From: an archaeon
GTDB lineage: Archaea > Nanobdellota > Nanobdellia > Pacearchaeales > GW2011-AR1
Direction: 5' to 3'
Length of the DNA: 64,000 bases
NCBI GenBank assembly: GCA_043822125.1
Contig: JBDRCB010000004.1
Location: forward strand, 8,647 to 72,646
Position 1 is the first letter of the stretch, and every line of letters begins with the position of its first letter. This document shows positions 1-8,741 of the stretch, piece by piece. Below the pieces are notes generated by a model that was given only the letters and a program-made list of their open reading frames with translations, was not told the origin of the DNA and did not search any database. Position numbers and translations under genes: made by a program.

Positions 1-83
1 CTTTATTTTTTCTTGTTTTAACAATAAGGTATTTTTTCTTTAGTGCAACTGAATTTTCTGTCCATGAAAAAGCTGTTGTAAAG

Positions 84-686
84 ATGGGATTTTTACTAAT
101 ATTTATTTGGATTTGTTTTTGCGGTTCTCTTATGTATTTGTTTAGAGATAAGATAAAAAAATTTATACAAAAAATTCCTCTAGGGTGGAAAATTAAATTC
201 ATCTTATTCGCTATAATTTTGCTTTTAATAGAAGAGGCTATTGCTGTTAGTATGAGCAATCTCGCGCCATTTTTTGGTTCAGAAATAGGAAAGGCATATA
301 TAACAGCTTCGGCAAATTATTTCCACACAATTTTTTTCCATAGTGCAATAGTAATAATCCCTATGTTTTTTATCTGGGCCTTTTTTCTTTCAAGATACGA
401 CTTTAAGCCCACACAGGTTTTTCTGTTATTTGGATTATCAGGAAGCATAGGGGAAGCGACAATGGCTCCTGTAAATTTTATTATGGGTTTTTGGTTCTTT
501 ATTTACGGGCTGATGATTTATCTTCCTGCATATTCTCTGCCTGATGCTAAAAAAAGAGGGGCAGAAAAACCAAAATTAAGACATTATATTCTTTCTGTAA
601 TTGCTCCTCTTATATTTGCAATGTTATTTGGATTTTTAGCAAGAATTCTTCAGAATTTTTTTAGAATTGAATTATTTGTAAATTAA
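84..686 (+). CDS. polytopic membrane protein, unknown function
   Basis: 200-aa ORF with several long hydrophobic stretches (FLLIFIWICFCGSLMYL, ILFAIILLLIEEAIAV, FIWAFFL). No recognisable catalytic motif. Confidence 0.5.
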   Translation: MGFLLIFIWICFCGSLMYLFRDKIKKFIQKIPLGWKIKFILFAIILLLIEEAIAVSMSNLAPFFGSEIGKAYITASANYFHTIFFHSAIVIIPMFFIWAFFLSRYDFKPTQVFLLFGLSGSIGEATMAPVNFIMGFWFFIYGLMIYLPAYSLPDAKKRGAEKPKLRHYILSVIAPLIFAMLFGFLARILQNFFRIELFVN

Positions 687-719
687 AAAATCTTATAAAT
701 AACCCCTCTTTATCTTACT

Positions 720-1157
720 ATGGGAAAATATCGCAGTGCTGTATTTATCGTAACATATGCTAAAACAAAAAAAGAAGTTAAATATTTAATTCTAAAAAGA
801 AAACTCCACTGGAAAGGATGGGAGTTCCCGAAAGGAGGAAAAAAATTTTATGAAAGTCCGTCTATGACTACCCGAAGAGAGGTTAAGGAGGAAACAGGGC
901 TGAAAATTCTGAAAATGAAAAGATTCAACATTTCTGGAAAATACAAATATGATAAAAAATATTCTGATAGAAAAAATTTTATCGGACAGACATATGTTTT
1001 ATTTGTTGTGGAAGTGGAGAAAAATAAAGTCCTCATCGACATTAAAGAGCATTCTGATTATAGATGGGCTGGTTTTAAAGAAGCTGTTAAAAAATTAAAA
1101 TGGAAAAATCAGAAAAAATGCCTGAAAGTTGTTAATGATTTTCTGAAAAAGATTTAA
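720..1157 (+). CDS. NUDIX hydrolase
   Basis: Nudix box visible: GWEFPKGGKKFYESPSMTTRREVKEETGL (GX5EX7REUXEEXGU pattern). Confidence 0.8.
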   Translation: MGKYRSAVFIVTYAKTKKEVKYLILKRKLHWKGWEFPKGGKKFYESPSMTTRREVKEETGLKILKMKRFNISGKYKYDKKYSDRKNFIGQTYVLFVVEVEKNKVLIDIKEHSDYRWAGFKEAVKKLKWKNQKKCLKVVNDFLKKI

Positions 1158-1159
1158 TT

Positions 1160-1555
1160 TTATTTTCTGATTAAATAATTTAATCTGTAATTTTCAGCCT
1201 GAAAAAATTCTTTTGCAAATTCTGCAATTTCCTGAGGATTGTAAAAACTGCATGAAAACACATCGAGAAAAATATTATTTGTCTGGTTTACAAAATGAGC
1301 GGAAATCAAAGAAGTTTCAATAAGCTGTGTCATTGAAAAGCCAGAAACCCTCTCATCTTCTCCAAAATCGACTACAACAGTCTCGCCAAATCTTTTCATA
1401 TTTATTTTTTCGCAGAGTTTTTTCACAAATTCTTTTACTTTCTCCTCGCTTCTCACAAGTCCGGGATTGCATGAATGCAAATCTATTCCTGCCCAAAGCC
1501 CCCAGTAATTTCCAGAATCAAACTCTTTTTTTAATTTTATAAAATCTTTTTCCAT
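1160..1555 (-). CDS. S-adenosylmethionine decarboxylase-like (pyruvoyl, SpeH family) protein
   Basis: 131 aa. The LIETSLISAHF segment resembles the ES|S self-cleavage region (AESHISIHTWPE) of small archaeal/bacterial AdoMetDC. Confidence 0.5.
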   Translation of the reverse strand: MEKDFIKLKKEFDSGNYWGLWAGIDLHSCNPGLVRSEEKVKEFVKKLCEKINMKRFGETVVVDFGEDERVSGFSMTQLIETSLISAHFVNQTNNIFLDVFSCSFYNPQEIAEFAKEFFQAENYRLNYLIRK

Positions 1556-1616
1556 CTAAAAATAAAAATAAGCTCCTTTAAAAAGTTTACAATAAGTTTA
1601 AAATATTTCAAATCTT

Positions 1617-2012
1617 TTGCTGTTCATGAAATTCAGGGAATTTTTAACAACATCTGGAACCCAAGTATTTTTAGGAAGAAATGCTGAAAATAACGACGAA
1701 TTGGTACAGAAGTTTAAAGGAGAGGAAAATATAATTATGCATACTGCAGAACCTGGCAGTCCTTTTTGTGTAATAAATAATTTAACTCCTTCAAAAAGAG
1801 ATGTGGAGCAGGCAGCAGTATTTTGTGCAAGTAAAAGCCAAGATTGGAGAGATAATAAAGCAGATGTGATTGTCCATAGATTTAGCGGGAAAGATGTTGA
1901 AAAGAAAAGGAGTATGGAGACAGGCACATGGAGAATTAAAAAAACTCCGACGAAAATTAAAATAAAAAGAAAAGATATTGAGGAATTTCTTAAAAATGCA
2001 GAAAAAAGTTAG
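1617..2012 (+). CDS. NFACT-R / DUF814 RNA-binding domain protein
   Basis: FLGRNAENNDELVQKF...IIMHTAEPGSPFCVI matches the DUF814 signature (GkNa.eNd.L....d.w.H....pGs.vvi). Confidence 0.6.
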   Translation: MLFMKFREFLTTSGTQVFLGRNAENNDELVQKFKGEENIIMHTAEPGSPFCVINNLTPSKRDVEQAAVFCASKSQDWRDNKADVIVHRFSGKDVEKKRSMETGTWRIKKTPTKIKIKRKDIEEFLKNAEKS

Positions 2013-2016
2013 TCAT

Positions 2017-2250
2017 ATGCAGTTGGGAAAAAATGGGATTACTGAAAATTTTCTGTCGACTTTGAAATCTCATTTTGACAGGCATAAAACAGTGAGAATT
2101 TCTGTTCTGCGCTCAGCCTGTCGTGACAGAGATGAGCTGAAAAAAATCTCTCAAAAAATCCTGGAGAAACTCGGAGAAAATTTTTCTGCAAGGATAATTG
2201 GATTTGTGGTTATTATCAGAAAGCAAAAATTTCTGGAAAAGTTTAAATAG
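2017..2250 (+). CDS. CRM/YhbY-type RNA-binding protein
   Basis: The MQLGKNGITENFLSTLKSHFDRHKTVRISVL start is typical of the YhbY/CRS1 domain. The ORF track starts at 1978; alternative ATGs lie at 1996 and 2017. 2017 sits 4 nt after the upstream stop. Confidence 0.6.
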   Translation: MQLGKNGITENFLSTLKSHFDRHKTVRISVLRSACRDRDELKKISQKILEKLGENFSARIIGFVVIIRKQKFLEKFK

Positions 2251-2274
2251 TAATCTAGTATAAGGATTCTGCAT

Positions 2275-3411
2275 ATGACAGAATCTACTCAAACTTTAAA
2301 AGAAGAATCTGAACCTCCGGATCCTGATATTATCTGGAGAGAGATCTTAAGAAAGAGTATAATTCTTCCAAAAAAAATTTCTAAAATCTTTGGGTTAAAT
2401 GAAAATAAAATTCAGGAAGTCTGTAAAATTTATCCCATGAGAGTGAATCCTTACTATCTCTCGCTGATAAAAAATTTGGATGATGCAACATATAAGCAGT
2501 GCATCCCTTCTATTGAAGAAATTAAAGATTCTTTTGGAGAAGAAGATCCTCTTCGTGAAGAGCCTGAAAATCAGATGAGGGCAGGAGTTCCGTCGCTGAT
2601 AACACATAGATATCCGGACAGGGTTCTCTTCAGAATTTCAAATACCTGCGCAATGTACTGCAGATTCTGCACAAGAAAAAGAAAAGTTGGAGATATAAAC
2701 AAAAATCCAACCTGGAAAGATGTTGCAAAGGCAGTAAGATATATTGAGGTTCATTCTGAAATAAGAGACGTGATTCTTTCTGGAGGAGACCCGCTAGTGC
2801 TCTGCGACGAGGTTCTTGAAAAAATTATTTCAAGAGTATATTCAATAATTTCAAAAAGAGAGAATGGAATAATTAGAATCGGAACAAGAATTCCATGTGT
2901 TCTACCTCATAGAATAACTCCAAAACTCTGCGAGATGTTAAAAAAATACAATCCTATTTATATCAACACGCATTTCAACCACCCTGACGAAATTACCCCT
3001 GAAAGCAGAAGGGCGTGTAAGATGCTTGCTGATGCAGGAATCCCTCTCGGATGCCAGACAGTCCTGCTGAAGGGTGTAAATGACAGTCCAGAAGTTATGA
3101 AAAAACTTATGCAGGGGCTTGTGAGCATGCGTGTGCGTCCATATTATATTTATCAGTGCGATCCTGTGAAAGGGGCGAATCATTTCAGGACTCGTGTTGA
3201 AAAAGGACTAGAAATTTACAAAGCATTAAGGGGGTGGACATCGGGATTATGTGTCCCGCATTATGTTATTGACGCACCGGAAGGAGGTGGAAAAGTTCCA
3301 TTAATTCCAGAGTATATCCAATTCATCGATGGAAACAAAGTTGTGATGAAAAATTATTGTGGGAATATTCATGAGTATCCGCAGGTTGAAGAATTATCAG
3401 AAAATTTATAA
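2275..3411 (+). CDS. kamA: lysine 2,3-aminomutase family radical SAM enzyme
   Basis: CAMYCRFCTRKR (CxxxCxxC) plus the KamA-typical context (THRYPDRVLFRISNTC, SGGDPL, YYIYQCDPVKG). Confidence 0.85.
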   Translation: MTESTQTLKEESEPPDPDIIWREILRKSIILPKKISKIFGLNENKIQEVCKIYPMRVNPYYLSLIKNLDDATYKQCIPSIEEIKDSFGEEDPLREEPENQMRAGVPSLITHRYPDRVLFRISNTCAMYCRFCTRKRKVGDINKNPTWKDVAKAVRYIEVHSEIRDVILSGGDPLVLCDEVLEKIISRVYSIISKRENGIIRIGTRIPCVLPHRITPKLCEMLKKYNPIYINTHFNHPDEITPESRRACKMLADAGIPLGCQTVLLKGVNDSPEVMKKLMQGLVSMRVRPYYIYQCDPVKGANHFRTRVEKGLEIYKALRGWTSGLCVPHYVIDAPEGGGKVPLIPEYIQFIDGNKVVMKNYCGNIHEYPQVEELSENL

Positions 3412-3469
3412 ACCTTATTTTCCCATAATTTTTATCCAACAACTTTAAGTTGTTCTAACATCGTAAGAT

Positions 3470-3916
3470 GTGCTGAATATGACAGAAAAAATAAATTCAA
3501 TTTATAGTTTAAGTGCTCAGGAGTATAATTTAAAATTAGCTGAAGCTTTGAAAAAAATCCCTGAAATTAAATCACCTGAATGGGCTGAATTTGTAAAATC
3601 AGGTAGTGCAAAAGAGCGTCCTATTGACGACGAGGATTTCTGGTATAAAAGAACTGCGAGTGTTTTAAAACAGATTTACAAGAAAAAATCAATTGGTGTT
3701 GAAAGATTAAAGACAAAATATGGAAGCAAGAAAAACCGCGGAATGAAGCCGGAAAGATTCAGAAAAGCAGGAGGGAAGATTATAAGGACAATTCTGCAAC
3801 AGTGCGACGCTGCAGGATTTACTGAGATTCAAAAACCAGTAAGAGGTGTTAAAAGCAAAAAACCAGGAAGAATACTCACAGAAAAAGGAAAATCTTTTTT
3901 GGAAGAAGTTAATTAA
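3470..3916 (+). CDS. rps19e: ribosomal protein eS19
   Basis: PEWAEFVKSG...ERPIDDEDFWYKRTASVLKQIY is the conserved S19e core. Confidence 0.85.
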   Translation: MLNMTEKINSIYSLSAQEYNLKLAEALKKIPEIKSPEWAEFVKSGSAKERPIDDEDFWYKRTASVLKQIYKKKSIGVERLKTKYGSKKNRGMKPERFRKAGGKIIRTILQQCDAAGFTEIQKPVRGVKSKKPGRILTEKGKSFLEEVN

Positions 3917-3918
3917 AA

Positions 3919-4122
3919 ATGGGAATAAAAAATCCAGATAAAAAAGCGAAATTGTCCAAGAAGGCAAAACACACAAAGTGGGCTCCTGTCTGGGCTGTTT
4001 TAAAAAAATTCGGAAAAGGGAAAAAAGTCCATCCGTCCGCGATAACAAAATACAGAAGGAGCTGGAGAAGAACTAAACTTCACATTAAACCAAGAAAAAT
4101 CAGAAAATCACACTTTGGATAA
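3919..4122 (+). CDS. rpl39e: ribosomal protein eL39
   Basis: Small, very basic protein. APVWAVLK...RRSWRRTKLHIKP matches the L39e pattern (vPvWv..kt......RR.WRRtKL). Confidence 0.8.
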   Translation: MGIKNPDKKAKLSKKAKHTKWAPVWAVLKKFGKGKKVHPSAITKYRRSWRRTKLHIKPRKIRKSHFG

Positions 4123-4124
4123 GA

Positions 4125-4742
4125 ATGGCAAAAAAAACTGATAAAAAAACAGAAGAGAAAATTGAAAGAGAATATGTAATTCCGCTGAGATGGGAGTGGA
4201 AAAAAGTTCCGAGGTATAAACGGGCGAAGAAGGCAGTGAAGGCTATTCGGGAATTTTTAGTAAGGCATATGAAAATTTATGATAGAAATTTAAACAAAAT
4301 TAAAATTGATACTTATTTAAATGAATACATCTGGTTTAGAGGAATTAAAAAACCTCCTGCAAAAATTAAAGTTAAAGCTGTTCGCGAAGGGGAAATTGTA
4401 AAAGTTGAACTTGCTGAGCTTCCTGAAAAATTGAAATTCAAAAAGGCACGTGAGGAGAAAATTGAAGCTGTTGGAAAAGAAGCTGCAAAAAAGAAAAAAA
4501 GATCTGCTGAAAAAGAAACAGAAGAAAAAAGGCCAGAAGAAAGTGAGGAGAAAAAAGAAGAAGAGAGTCAAAAAGAAAAGCTTTTAGCTAGCTCGTCTGA
4601 AATCCAAGCTAAAGAAAAAAAAGCTGCTGTTATCGAGGCTGGAAAAGAAATGGAAAAGCAAAAAGCAAAAATGATGAAACATCAGGCAGGTGGCAAGACA
4701 AAAGAGCCGAAGAGACAGAAAAGAATGGCTTTAGCGAAATAA
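4125..4742 (+). CDS. rpl31e: ribosomal protein eL31 with long Lys/Glu-rich C-terminal extension
   Basis: The N-terminal ~95 aa (EREYVIPLR...RAKKAVKAIREFLVRHMK...PPAKIKVKAV) look like L31e. About 110 further aa are KE-rich low complexity. Confidence 0.8.
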   Translation: MAKKTDKKTEEKIEREYVIPLRWEWKKVPRYKRAKKAVKAIREFLVRHMKIYDRNLNKIKIDTYLNEYIWFRGIKKPPAKIKVKAVREGEIVKVELAELPEKLKFKKAREEKIEAVGKEAAKKKKRSAEKETEEKRPEESEEKKEEESQKEKLLASSSEIQAKEKKAAVIEAGKEMEKQKAKMMKHQAGGKTKEPKRQKRMALAK

Positions 4743-4797
4743 TTCTGCGACGGTTTGCTTCGAGAAACACGCCGGAAGAATGGCACTGGCAAAATAA

Positions 4798-4986
4798 TTA
4801 ATGTAGATATTTATTTGTATTCTTATAATGTTTCGAAGAAATGGATGAAATTTTCAAAACTCTCTCATAGACTTCTAAAACTTCATCTAAAACCTTTTCT
4901 CTTTTCTTGCACTCTTTAATTAAATCTTTGTGTCGCTCTCTCTCTTCTGGAGTTAATGTTTCAGCACAATCATCAATTGAACCCAT
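4798..4986 (-). CDS. hypothetical small protein
   Basis: 62-aa ORF filling an otherwise empty gap. Charged, helical-looking, no motif. Confidence 0.25.
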   Translation of the reverse strand: MGSIDDCAETLTPEERERHKDLIKECKKREKVLDEVLEVYERVLKISSISSKHYKNTNKYLH

Positions 4987-5033
4987 GATATCAAAAGCAG
5001 AAATACTTTAAAAGAATTTATCTTATTTATTAT

Positions 5034-5915
5034 ATGGTTCAAAAAAAATCAATTAAAGAAATCCTCGAATTTGGAATTATAAACATCGACAAGCCGTCAG
5101 GACCTACAAGTTTTAATGTTTCTGATTTTGTAAGAAAAAGTATGAAAGAGATTGGTGTGAGGAAGACTTCACATTTTGGTACTCTTGATCCGAAAGTTAC
5201 AGGAGTCCTGCCGATTGCACTGAATAGAGCTTGTAAATTAACTGGATTTTTTCTAGGAGAAGATAAAGAATATGTCGGAATTATGAGATTTCACAAAGAA
5301 ATTTCTATTAAAGATCTTAATAGAATAATAGAAGAAAAATTTTTAGGGAAGATTAAGCAGATACCTCCTGTAAAGTCAAGAGTCAAAAGGCAAGAGAGAG
5401 AAAGAGAAATTAAAAGTTTTAAAATTTTAGAGCAGGATAAAAATGATTTTTTATTCAGAGTTGAATGCGAAGGGGGAACTTATATCAGAAAGCTCGTTGA
5501 TGATTTAGGAAAAGAATTAGGAATAGGGGCGCACATGCTGGAGTTAAGGAGGATAAGAGCAGGAATTTTTTCAGAAGAAGATAAAGAGTATCCTTCTGTA
5601 AATTTATATGATTTTGAAAAAGCTGTTGAAGAATATAAAAAAGGAAATGAAAAATTATTAATAAAAATTTTAATTCCTGCTGAAGAAGCAATTAGGAAAA
5701 TATATCCTGTTGCAGAAATTAAAAAAGACAATTTAAAGCAGATTTTTACAGGAAAGCCGATTCACAGCAAAGATTTAATTGAAAAGAAGGGATTTGAAAA
5801 AGGGGAAATTATCTGTGTTTTTTGCAGGGGGAAATTTATAGGCATGTATGAAGTTATAAACAGCGACGGAGTTTTTGCAAAGCCGAAGTTTGTTATGCAA
5901 GAGATAAAGAAGTAG
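5034..5915 (+). CDS. cbf5: H/ACA RNP pseudouridine synthase Cbf5 (TruB family, with PUA domain)
   Basis: GIINIDKPSGPTS, HFGTLDPKVTGVLPI (catalytic Asp motif), GGTYIRKL, and a C-terminal PUA-like region. Confidence 0.9.
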   Translation: MVQKKSIKEILEFGIINIDKPSGPTSFNVSDFVRKSMKEIGVRKTSHFGTLDPKVTGVLPIALNRACKLTGFFLGEDKEYVGIMRFHKEISIKDLNRIIEEKFLGKIKQIPPVKSRVKRQEREREIKSFKILEQDKNDFLFRVECEGGTYIRKLVDDLGKELGIGAHMLELRRIRAGIFSEEDKEYPSVNLYDFEKAVEEYKKGNEKLLIKILIPAEEAIRKIYPVAEIKKDNLKQIFTGKPIHSKDLIEKKGFEKGEIICVFCRGKFIGMYEVINSDGVFAKPKFVMQEIKK

Positions 5916-6648
5916 CAATTTTTAATTCATTTTTAATTTTTTTATCTGTTTTTTCAGGATGATGTCTGCAGAAATATTCTATCTCACTTGCGGATTTATG
6001 CGCTGAAGTGTGATTATTTTCTTTATTCCACTCTTTAGTCATGAATCCAGAACCATAACCCGAACCCTTTGCCATTAAATTTCTTTCATGAATTTCATGA
6101 ATGAGCGCAAACTTACGTTCTTTTTGAGACATATCGTCATCAAGCCATATCTCTCCAGATGGAATAAAAGGATAAACTAAGTCGTGACCTCCCTCTGTAA
6201 AATCAATAAAGAAAAAACTTCTTACAAGCTTTCCGTCGACAATCCATACTCTAAGATTTTTATTTGAATATGTATGAAGAATTTTTTTGTGAACTTTCTT
6301 TATCATCTCAGCTTTATGTTTTTTTGTTTTAAAATCCATAATGATAAATTTGTTTTTCATTCGCTCTGCGCGTTCTGCTAAATCTGCTTTAGTAATCGCA
6401 TCAAAATATGATGCACCGGCTTCCATCATCTTATTCTCCACCAAAAGATGCTGTACAAAAAAATGCTCTTCTTTTCCTCCGTGCTCTTTATCTATCCAGA
6501 ATTCATTTTCAGGTATAAATTTAAATCTGTAATGCTGACCAAAATTGTTAAAATCAATGTCAATGTTCTTTCTTACAAAAGCACCGTCGACAATCCAAAT
6601 AACGAACTTTGAAATCCCACCGTATTTTTTTAGATAGGGCTTTTTCAT
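5893..6648 (-). CDS. hypothetical protein with two tandem copies of a ~100-aa domain
   Basis: Internal repeat: VIWIVDGAFVRKNIDIDFNNFGQHYRFKFIPENEFWID vs RVWIVDGKLVRSFFFIDFTEGGHDLVYPFIPSGEIWLD. Only the second copy carries HEIHE. Confidence 0.5.
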   Translation of the reverse strand: MKKPYLKKYGGISKFVIWIVDGAFVRKNIDIDFNNFGQHYRFKFIPENEFWIDKEHGGKEEHFFVQHLLVENKMMEAGASYFDAITKADLAERAERMKNKFIIMDFKTKKHKAEMIKKVHKKILHTYSNKNLRVWIVDGKLVRSFFFIDFTEGGHDLVYPFIPSGEIWLDDDMSQKERKFALIHEIHERNLMAKGSGYGSGFMTKEWNKENNHTSAHKSASEIEYFCRHHPEKTDKKIKNELKIATSLSLA

Positions 6649-6718
6649 TCATTATAAATTAAAAAGAAATTTATAAATTTATCATAAGATTTAAGAATAA
6701 AAAAATTCAAAATAAGAT

Positions 6719-7300
6719 ATGAAACACTTCATATATTTCTCAGCAAAAGCAGCTACGAGCGGGAAGGCACTTTCAGGAGGAGATTTAATGAAAGCGGGAA
6801 GGATGGATATTGCGATTCATTCTCTTATTCAGGGAGTTTTTTTATCTCATGATTTCAGAAAAGATGTAAAATTTCATTTTGTCTTTTATGGGATGCCAGA
6901 CCCGCCGAAGCATATTGAAATTCAGGTTAAAGAAGGAACTCCAATAAGCAAGAAAGATGTTGCAAAAATTATTCAGAAATTATTGTATAAATATAAAGAA
7001 GGTGAGAAGAATGAAGTTTTCCCTGGATGCTTTGTTGAAAAGAAAAGTTTCCTGAATGTTGTTGGTGAGCTAAGTGAAGAAAATGAGATTTTTATTTTAG
7101 ATAAAAGAGGAGAAGATATAAGAAAAGCAGAAATTCCTGAAAATTGTGTTTTTATAATTGGAGACCATGCAGGACTGCCGAAAAAAGAAATGAAAAGATT
7201 AAAGCAAATTGCGATTCCTGTTTCTGTGGGGACAAAAATGTATTTTGCTTCGCAGGTTGTGGCTATTGTGAATAACGAGCTTGATTATAGGGGGATTTAA
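6719..7300 (+). CDS. trmY: tRNA (pseudouridine54-N1)-methyltransferase TrmY (SPOUT, DUF358)
   Basis: GRMDIAIHSLIQGVFLSHDFRKDVKFHFVFYGMPDPPK parallels my recollection of M. jannaschii TrmY (GGRIDLLCR...LSHGIRKDV...YG.PNPPK). Confidence 0.75.
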   Translation: MKHFIYFSAKAATSGKALSGGDLMKAGRMDIAIHSLIQGVFLSHDFRKDVKFHFVFYGMPDPPKHIEIQVKEGTPISKKDVAKIIQKLLYKYKEGEKNEVFPGCFVEKKSFLNVVGELSEENEIFILDKRGEDIRKAEIPENCVFIIGDHAGLPKKEMKRLKQIAIPVSVGTKMYFASQVVAIVNNELDYRGI

Positions 7301-7362
7301 CAAGATTTATTTGCCTAGATAAACTCAACAAAATTAATAAACTCCTTCTCACTTCTCTAATT

Positions 7363-7638
7363 ATGAAAAAGTCCGTGAGAATTTACATTGAGGGAATAGT
7401 TCAGGGTTTATTCTTCAGGGCATTTGTAAAAGAGAATGCAGAGAGATATAATGTAAAGGGCTTTGTAAGAAATCTTGAAGATGGCAGAGTTGAGGTTTTT
7501 TTAGAAGGAAATACAAAAGAGGTAGATAAAATGATTGAACTCTGCAAAAAAGGACCCAAACATGCTCAAATTAAAAATGTTGAAATAAAACCAGAAAGAT
7601 TTCAGGATTTTAAGAACTTTAAAGTGATGTATATTTAA
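7363..7638 (+). CDS. acyP: acylphosphatase
   Basis: VRIYIEGIVQGLFFRAFVKENAERYNVKGFVRNLEDGRVEV is the classic V.G.VQGV.FR...G.V.N..DG.VE signature. Confidence 0.85.
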   Translation: MKKSVRIYIEGIVQGLFFRAFVKENAERYNVKGFVRNLEDGRVEVFLEGNTKEVDKMIELCKKGPKHAQIKNVEIKPERFQDFKNFKVMYI

Positions 7639-7639
7639 A

Positions 7640-7981
7640 ATGCAAACAAATACAGGGTTTCATCATTATAATATAAGAAAAAGAATACATAAAAAATATG
7701 AGCCATATCCTCATCCTGATAAACTAAAAAGAATTTTTGATAAAATAATTTACATTGCTGTTATTCTCGGTCCTATTATGAATCTTCCTCAGTTATACAA
7801 AATATGGCATTACAAAGAGGCTGCAGGAGTTTCTTTTATTTCCTGGGCGAGTTTTTCAGTCGGTTCTGCTACCTGGCTTTTATACGGGCTCTTGCACAAG
7901 GACAAACCAATTTTAATTATGAATTCTTTTTTAATAATAATCCAGGTTTTAATTGCAATTGGTGCTTTTTTATATAAATGA
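7640..7981 (+). CDS. PQ-loop / SemiSWEET-like 3-TM membrane protein
   Basis: 113 aa with three hydrophobic helices and an LPQLYKIW PQ motif after TM1. Confidence 0.55.
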   Translation: MQTNTGFHHYNIRKRIHKKYEPYPHPDKLKRIFDKIIYIAVILGPIMNLPQLYKIWHYKEAAGVSFISWASFSVGSATWLLYGLLHKDKPILIMNSFLIIIQVLIAIGAFLYK

Positions 7982-7987
7982 TTTAAA

Positions 7988-8413
7988 ATGATATATGTAA
8001 ATTCTGACGGCGGTGCCAGAGGGAATCCAGGGCCTGGGGCAATAGGAGTTGTAATACGAAATGAGGGGCAGATTTTAACAGTTCATAGTGAGTTTATTGG
8101 AATGAATGTAACAAATAATATTGCAGAATATAAGGCATTAATCAAGGCGCTTGAATTAACTTCTAAATTTGGAGATGAAATAACTTGTATTTTAGACTCT
8201 GAATTGGTTATCAAACAGCTTCTCGGGAAATATAAAGTGAGAAACCAGAAACTTTTGAAGCTTTTTTTAGAAGTGCAGAAACTTCAGGATAATTTTAAAA
8301 AAATTCATTATCTTCATAACAGCAGATGGAACCAGTTTCAGCAAATGGCAGACGAACTGGTGAACAGAGAGCTGGAGAAAAGAGGGTTTAGAAAATATAA
8401 AAATGAAATATAA
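7988..8413 (+). CDS. rnhA: ribonuclease HI-type protein
   Basis: YVNSDGGARGNPGPGAIGVVI and NNIAEYKALIKALE are typical RNase H1 motifs (catalytic D, E). Confidence 0.8.
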   Translation: MIYVNSDGGARGNPGPGAIGVVIRNEGQILTVHSEFIGMNVTNNIAEYKALIKALELTSKFGDEITCILDSELVIKQLLGKYKVRNQKLLKLFLEVQKLQDNFKKIHYLHNSRWNQFQQMADELVNRELEKRGFRKYKNEI

Positions 8414-8711
8414 TAAACTTATTAGAGACAAAATTCCAGGGATAATCAGAGACAAAGGGGCAGTTCCAATTACTCATAAAGCAAAAGATGAAGAATATTG
8501 GGAAAAATTAAAAGATAAACTTAAAGAGGAAGTTAATGAATTTCTTGAAAACAGCGACGAGGAAGAGTTAGCAGATATCTTAGAAGTAATTTATGCTATA
8601 TGCGACTTCAGAAAAATTGGTAGAGAAAGATTAGAATTTATCAGAAAGAAGAAGTTTGAAGGGAGAGGAGGATTTGAAGATAAAATAATTCTTGACGAAA
8701 TAAAAGATTAA
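8403..8711 (+). CDS. MazG-like nucleoside triphosphate pyrophosphohydrolase
   Basis: KLIRDKIPGII... followed by EEVNEFLE...EELADILEV, typical of small all-alpha NTP-PPase house-cleaning enzymes. Overlaps the upstream gene by 11 nt. Confidence 0.6.
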   Translation: MKYNKLIRDKIPGIIRDKGAVPITHKAKDEEYWEKLKDKLKEEVNEFLENSDEEELADILEVIYAICDFRKIGRERLEFIRKKKFEGRGGFEDKIILDEIKD

Positions 8712-8741
8712 ATATATAAAACTAATTTTCCTGTTTATAGA

